Positions 60,006-64,000 of a stretch of DNA of 64,000 nucleotides are shown here, one piece after another (positions within the stretch are counted from its first letter, which is position 1; each line of letters opens with the position of its first letter). This stretch comes from Trichoplax sp. H2. Its lineage: Eukaryota. The stretch is from positions 1 to 64,000 of the forward strand of contig NOWV01000263.1 in NCBI GenBank assembly GCA_003344405.1, written 5' to 3'. A program made the position numbers and the translations under genes. Below the pieces are notes generated by a model that had not been told where the DNA came from, did not search any database, and worked only from the letters and a program-made list of their open reading frames with translations.

Positions 60006-60428
60006 ATGCCTGCAAAACGCTCTGTTTTAGTACTCTGCACCGGCAATTCTGCTAGAAGCCAGATGGGCGAAGGTCTTATCAATGCACGCTTGGAAGGATT
60101 TGAAGCCTATTCTGCAGGCACCCGTCCAGCACCACAGGTTAATCCTAATGCAATCGCTGCTCTTGCCGATATAGGCATCGATATTAGTAGCAATCGACCC
60201 AAGTCCGTGGACGAATTTAAAGACCGCCGATTTGATTTTGTTATCACTGTCTGTGGCTCTGCTGATGCTAACTGCCCTGCTTGGATAGGCAAAGTAGGTA
60301 AAAGATGTCATATCGGTTTTGAAGATCCTTCTCATACACAGGGTACACCTAACGAGATACTGGATGCATTCAAAAAGACTCGTGACATGATTGAAGATCA
60401 AGTATTTGCCTACTTGAGAAGCCAATGA
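60006..60428 (+). CDS. arsC: Arsenate reductase ArsC, thioredoxin-coupled LMW-PTP fold, intronless, bacterial-type
   Basis: 140 aa; P-loop C11-TGNSA-R17-SQM, SAGT, FDFVITVC83-GSADAN-C90-P (resolving Cys pair) and FED107P; the same layout as Staphylococcus/Bacillus-type Trx-ArsC. Confidence 0.9.
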   Translation: MPAKRSVLVLCTGNSARSQMGEGLINARLEGFEAYSAGTRPAPQVNPNAIAALADIGIDISSNRPKSVDEFKDRRFDFVITVCGSADANCPAWIGKVGKRCHIGFEDPSHTQGTPNEILDAFKKTRDMIEDQVFAYLRSQ

Positions 60429-62108
60429 AATAGAGATATTACATTGGCTACATCTCATGATATCAGTATCTTGTATAACTGTCATGCTACGATTCTAAAG
60501 CAACAGTAGTAGGCCAGTTGGTGAAACGATGATCGGATACTTTGGACGAACACGAAATTTCCACTAGCTATAACAGCACGCATAATTAATCCATATCATC
60601 TTCATTGAGGATAATTTGATGCGTTGTTTTAACTTGCTTAGCACGTTAGCATAGCTAAATACACCTACACTACAGGATATTAGGACGATGCTAGATTAAG
60701 ATACGCCAATATTTATGATATGTACCTTTATAATTTCGTTTAAATTCTCCATGATATGCAAATCTGTTCGAATAGAGCAAATTCTTATCAAGTATCGGTA
60801 GCTATCAAAATTTTACTATGATAATTATTTATTTATTTATATCAGTAATCTGATGCCAGTTCATCACTGCAATATTGTAGCATCAGTAGCTTGTTGACCG
60901 GTATAATAAATAGAAGCAATTGATTAAGTTGAGCGTGGCAATCATCATGAATCAACTTTGAATTCTCTTTAGCTGAAATTTATAATTCTTAATCAATTTC
61001 CTGGTGTTAGCACATTGATTCTTCTTCTCTTACAGTACATCGCAAGCACGAGCTCAATATTGAGCAAAGCATGCAAACTCCATGGAATCGCCGACAAAGT
61101 TGCACCATTCAGGGAGCTGTTGTGTTCTGTCAAACAAAAGTTATCTCAAAACTTCATGAGAAAAGTGCTGCTAGTAAATAGCACTATTTTATACTCGATT
61201 CTTTAAAGTACTGCATATGAAGGTTTTAATCATAGCCAACACTGTCAAATGAGCTAGTAATGCTTACTTGGCTGATGTTTACTTACGAGCTAAGCCCAGA
61301 ATGGAACCATTTCTTAATCGATTTCGATTCATATTTTACGAATAAGATTAGCAGATGCAGTGCTTAAATATAACTGAATCTCGATCTCCTAGTTATCGTA
61401 TCTAACTTTGGGATGATATTCAATTTATTAAGGGTATAGTGATACACTAGTTCTAAGGCTACCATTGCTATCTCTAATGCAGACTGCAGCCCTGGGAAAG
61501 CAGCATAACTTAGCCAAGTCATATTAACTACAGATTTAAAGGCAGAGCTATTAATACATCCAACCCGAGCTACCTGCGATCGAAAAATAGACCTGTGATC
61601 CATTCATGGCCAGTCTTGGTCGTCAGCATTAATAGTGGAAGAAGAGAGAGGATATCAATCCGCCATGATTTCCAGTCATTTCCTGGATTGAGTAGTACTA
61701 CCAGCTCCATTCATGTGTCCACTCCATAGTACTTTGACTAAACCGAGCGGTACCCCGTCATACTATATTCTATACTACACCATACTAAAGTAGTATAGCT
61801 ACTCGTTCATCATCGGTTATGCTTATACAATTTCCTACAATGGTGTCGTCACAGTCAGTGGACTAACCGGAGTAGGACAGCAGTAATGAAGAAATCGATG
61901 GAGGCAATGCTGCTGCAAATTGCATTCCAACGTCGTAATTCCTCCATACTACTGAAATTGTAATCCTACTATCTATCAAGCCTTGACTCTTCTCTATTAC
62001 TGTTCTCATGATTACTGTATAAAGGCTATAGTTTAGCAGTCAGCCTCTATTTTAACCAATTCCCCTCTTATACTACCGATTGGCTTCGACCTCAAAAAGT
62101 TACCAGTT

Positions 62109-64000
62109 ATGCCATTAATTATCATCACCGGTTTCCCATGTAGTGGCAAGAGCCTTCGAGCCCAGCAATTAATAGATTATATCAATGAAAATCATCCTGA
62201 TTATGCCGATCATATTCATCTCATTAGTGATCATAACCAAATGGTTGATAGAAATAAAGCTTACGAAGGTAGTTAATTGATATCATTCTTTAAATGGACA
62301 TCCTGTTTTGTATAATTTCGCATGCTTGACTACAGCAATAATATACCAGTAAAGCTTCTTATTTAGACTCTTATGTATTATAGTAAAATATGGTATCTTG
62401 AAAGAACAATTTTAAAGATAATTACTGATGTCAATTCTCTTTCATGACCTAGCTTCAAATGCTGAAAAATCGGCTCGAGGCCATTTAAAAGCCGCAGTTG
62501 AAAGGTAAGCATGCCATCGGAATAGCACTACGCGAGAACTATACATTCTAATGCTACTACCTATCATGCAAATCGATGCCTTGATATTGACTATGAATAC
62601 TCTTGATTCACTTTTAAATGAGTTTGATGGCACAAATATTAACTAATGACGTATATTTTGGTCCTATAGGATAATTTCAAGCAAGGAAATTGTCATTCTT
62701 GATTCATTGAATTACATCAAAGGTATACTGTACTATGTCCACTCTACACGTACATAGTAGATAGGCAATCCTATACAAGAGCAAAAATTTCTATTCTCTG
62801 CTACAATTACTTGCCAACTTATTTCATTTATACACGTAAATTTCATTGGTAATCATAGAAATAAGCTCTTTAAAACATTCTTCACTAGAACCGTATGATT
62901 TATCAACCTTGCCATAAGTTCGATATCCTCTAATAAATATTCAACACGAATGAATAGGATTTCACTACGAACTATATTTACTAGAGTTGTATGATTGATC
63001 AACCTCATTACCTGTTAGACCTTCTCTAATAAATATTTATCTCGAATGAATCAGGATTTCGCTACGAACTATATTGTATTAGCAAGTCTGCCAAGACAAC
63101 TCATTGCGTGGTAAGGTTATTTAAAGCAGGATCTGTAATACCGTAGATGCATTGTGAACGTTAAAAGCGTTCTCTGCTAAGCATTTTAATACGATCGATT
63201 CGATTGGTGCTCACCAATCATAAATTAGATTTATATCCAGTGAAAATCAATCAACTAATGTCTAACTAGGCCATGATATTATGAACGTAGTATAATTATT
63301 TAGTTTTATAGTATGCCTAACGTCTGTGATGACATATCCACAGATATTTTGCGCTGTAACGAAAGATCAAGTAGAAGATTGGAATAGTAAAAGAGATAAT
63401 GACCAGCAATATCGTAAAGATATGTAAGTATTAGGCCTTACTTTGTAGTATACTGTAACCTTCTGTAGACTAAATATCAACTGCTGCGATAGGTACTCGT
63501 ATTAAGTAATTGTACTTTTGTAGTTACTATATTATACTTATAGCATCTTCTTTATATCTTACATAGCCTAGATGCATTAGTAATGAGGTATGAAGCACCT
63601 GATCCTCGAAATCGTTGGGATTCACCTCTTTTTGTAGTTCAGGTACATTAATTCTGGCTAAGCATAAAAATTTAACTTTTATAAAAGATATATGGTAGAA
63701 ATACTTGAAGTGGATAGATGCATAAATTGTATTGGTCTATTCGAAAACAGGAACTAGATCAACTGCCATGTCAAACTATATGTGATGCATTATTTCATCG
63801 AAAACCACCTCCGCCAAACCAATCTACTCAATGTGTAATCACATTCAATAAATTTTTACTACACTAGATAATTATCCATACTAATAGAAGAAAATGATAA
63901 TGTGATGAATAATTCCAATGTGAAAACGTATAACGGTTTATTCTGTCTTGTTGTAGCAACCATTATCAACAAATAATTTATTGTTCGAAATGGAGAAGAT
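62109..64000 (+). CDS. KTI12: KTI12 homolog (Elongator-associated, PSTK-like), multi-exon, truncated at the window end
   Basis: MPLIIITGFPCSGKS, EKSARGHLKAAVER, VILDSLNYIKGFRYELYC, LVMRYEAPDPRNRWDSPLF, KPPPPNQSTQ and PLSTNNLLFEMEKI, joined across GT-AG introns. Confidence 0.95.
62884..63076 (+). repeat. ~97 bp tandem duplication spanning a KTI12 3' splice site
   Basis: actaga..gtatgatt.atcaacct...ctctaataaatatt....cgaatgaat.aggatttc.ctacgaactatatt occurs twice (62884-62978 and 62980-63076). Confidence 0.85.

Noticed and set aside
60006..60428. ORF as the ordinary animal LMW protein tyrosine phosphatase (ACP1)
   Set aside because: It lacks the CLGNICRSP and DPYY signatures and has the ArsC-type C-X6-C resolving pair.
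60027..60485. 152-aa antisense ORF overlapping arsC
   Set aside because: Shadow ORF of a real coding strand with no recognisable motifs; the same applies to antisense ORFs over MYO5, STPG2 and the GPCR.
60900..61950. Possible spliced minus-strand gene between arsC and KTI12, e.g. an arsenite transporter partner
   Set aside because: Only short ORFs with stops, and no membrane-transporter or ArsR-like sequence is recognisable.

Overview
AT-rich eukaryotic (animal) genomic DNA with compact genes and many short GT-AG introns. The architecture and protein sequences suggest an early-branching metazoan, most plausibly a placozoan (Trichoplax-like); this is inference only. I reconstructed 11 protein-coding genes: TMEM267 (+), TEX9 (+), an intronless rhodopsin-class GPCR (-), a divergent Rab8-like GTPase (+), a RabX1/Rab22-group GTPase (-), MNS1 (+), NAXE (-), myosin V (+), STPG2 (-), an intronless bacterial-type thioredoxin-coupled arsenate reductase ArsC (+), and KTI12 (+, truncated by the window end). 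Several intronic and intergenic minisatellites are present. The main points of interest are: (1) the intact bacterial-type arsC embedded between two spliced animal genes, a horizontal-transfer candidate with eukaryote-style upstream motifs; (2) a cluster of ciliary and trafficking genes (TEX9, Rab8-like, MNS1, MYO5, STPG2) that echoes human 15q21-22 linkage, with RFX X-boxes upstream of MNS1 and STPG2; (3) smaller oddities, including a duplicated decoy splice acceptor in KTI12, micro-exons, an arfaptin-like relic in an intron, a 26-bp perfect palindrome and a weak snoRNA candidate. I found no tRNA, rRNA, CRISPR array or recognisable transposase.
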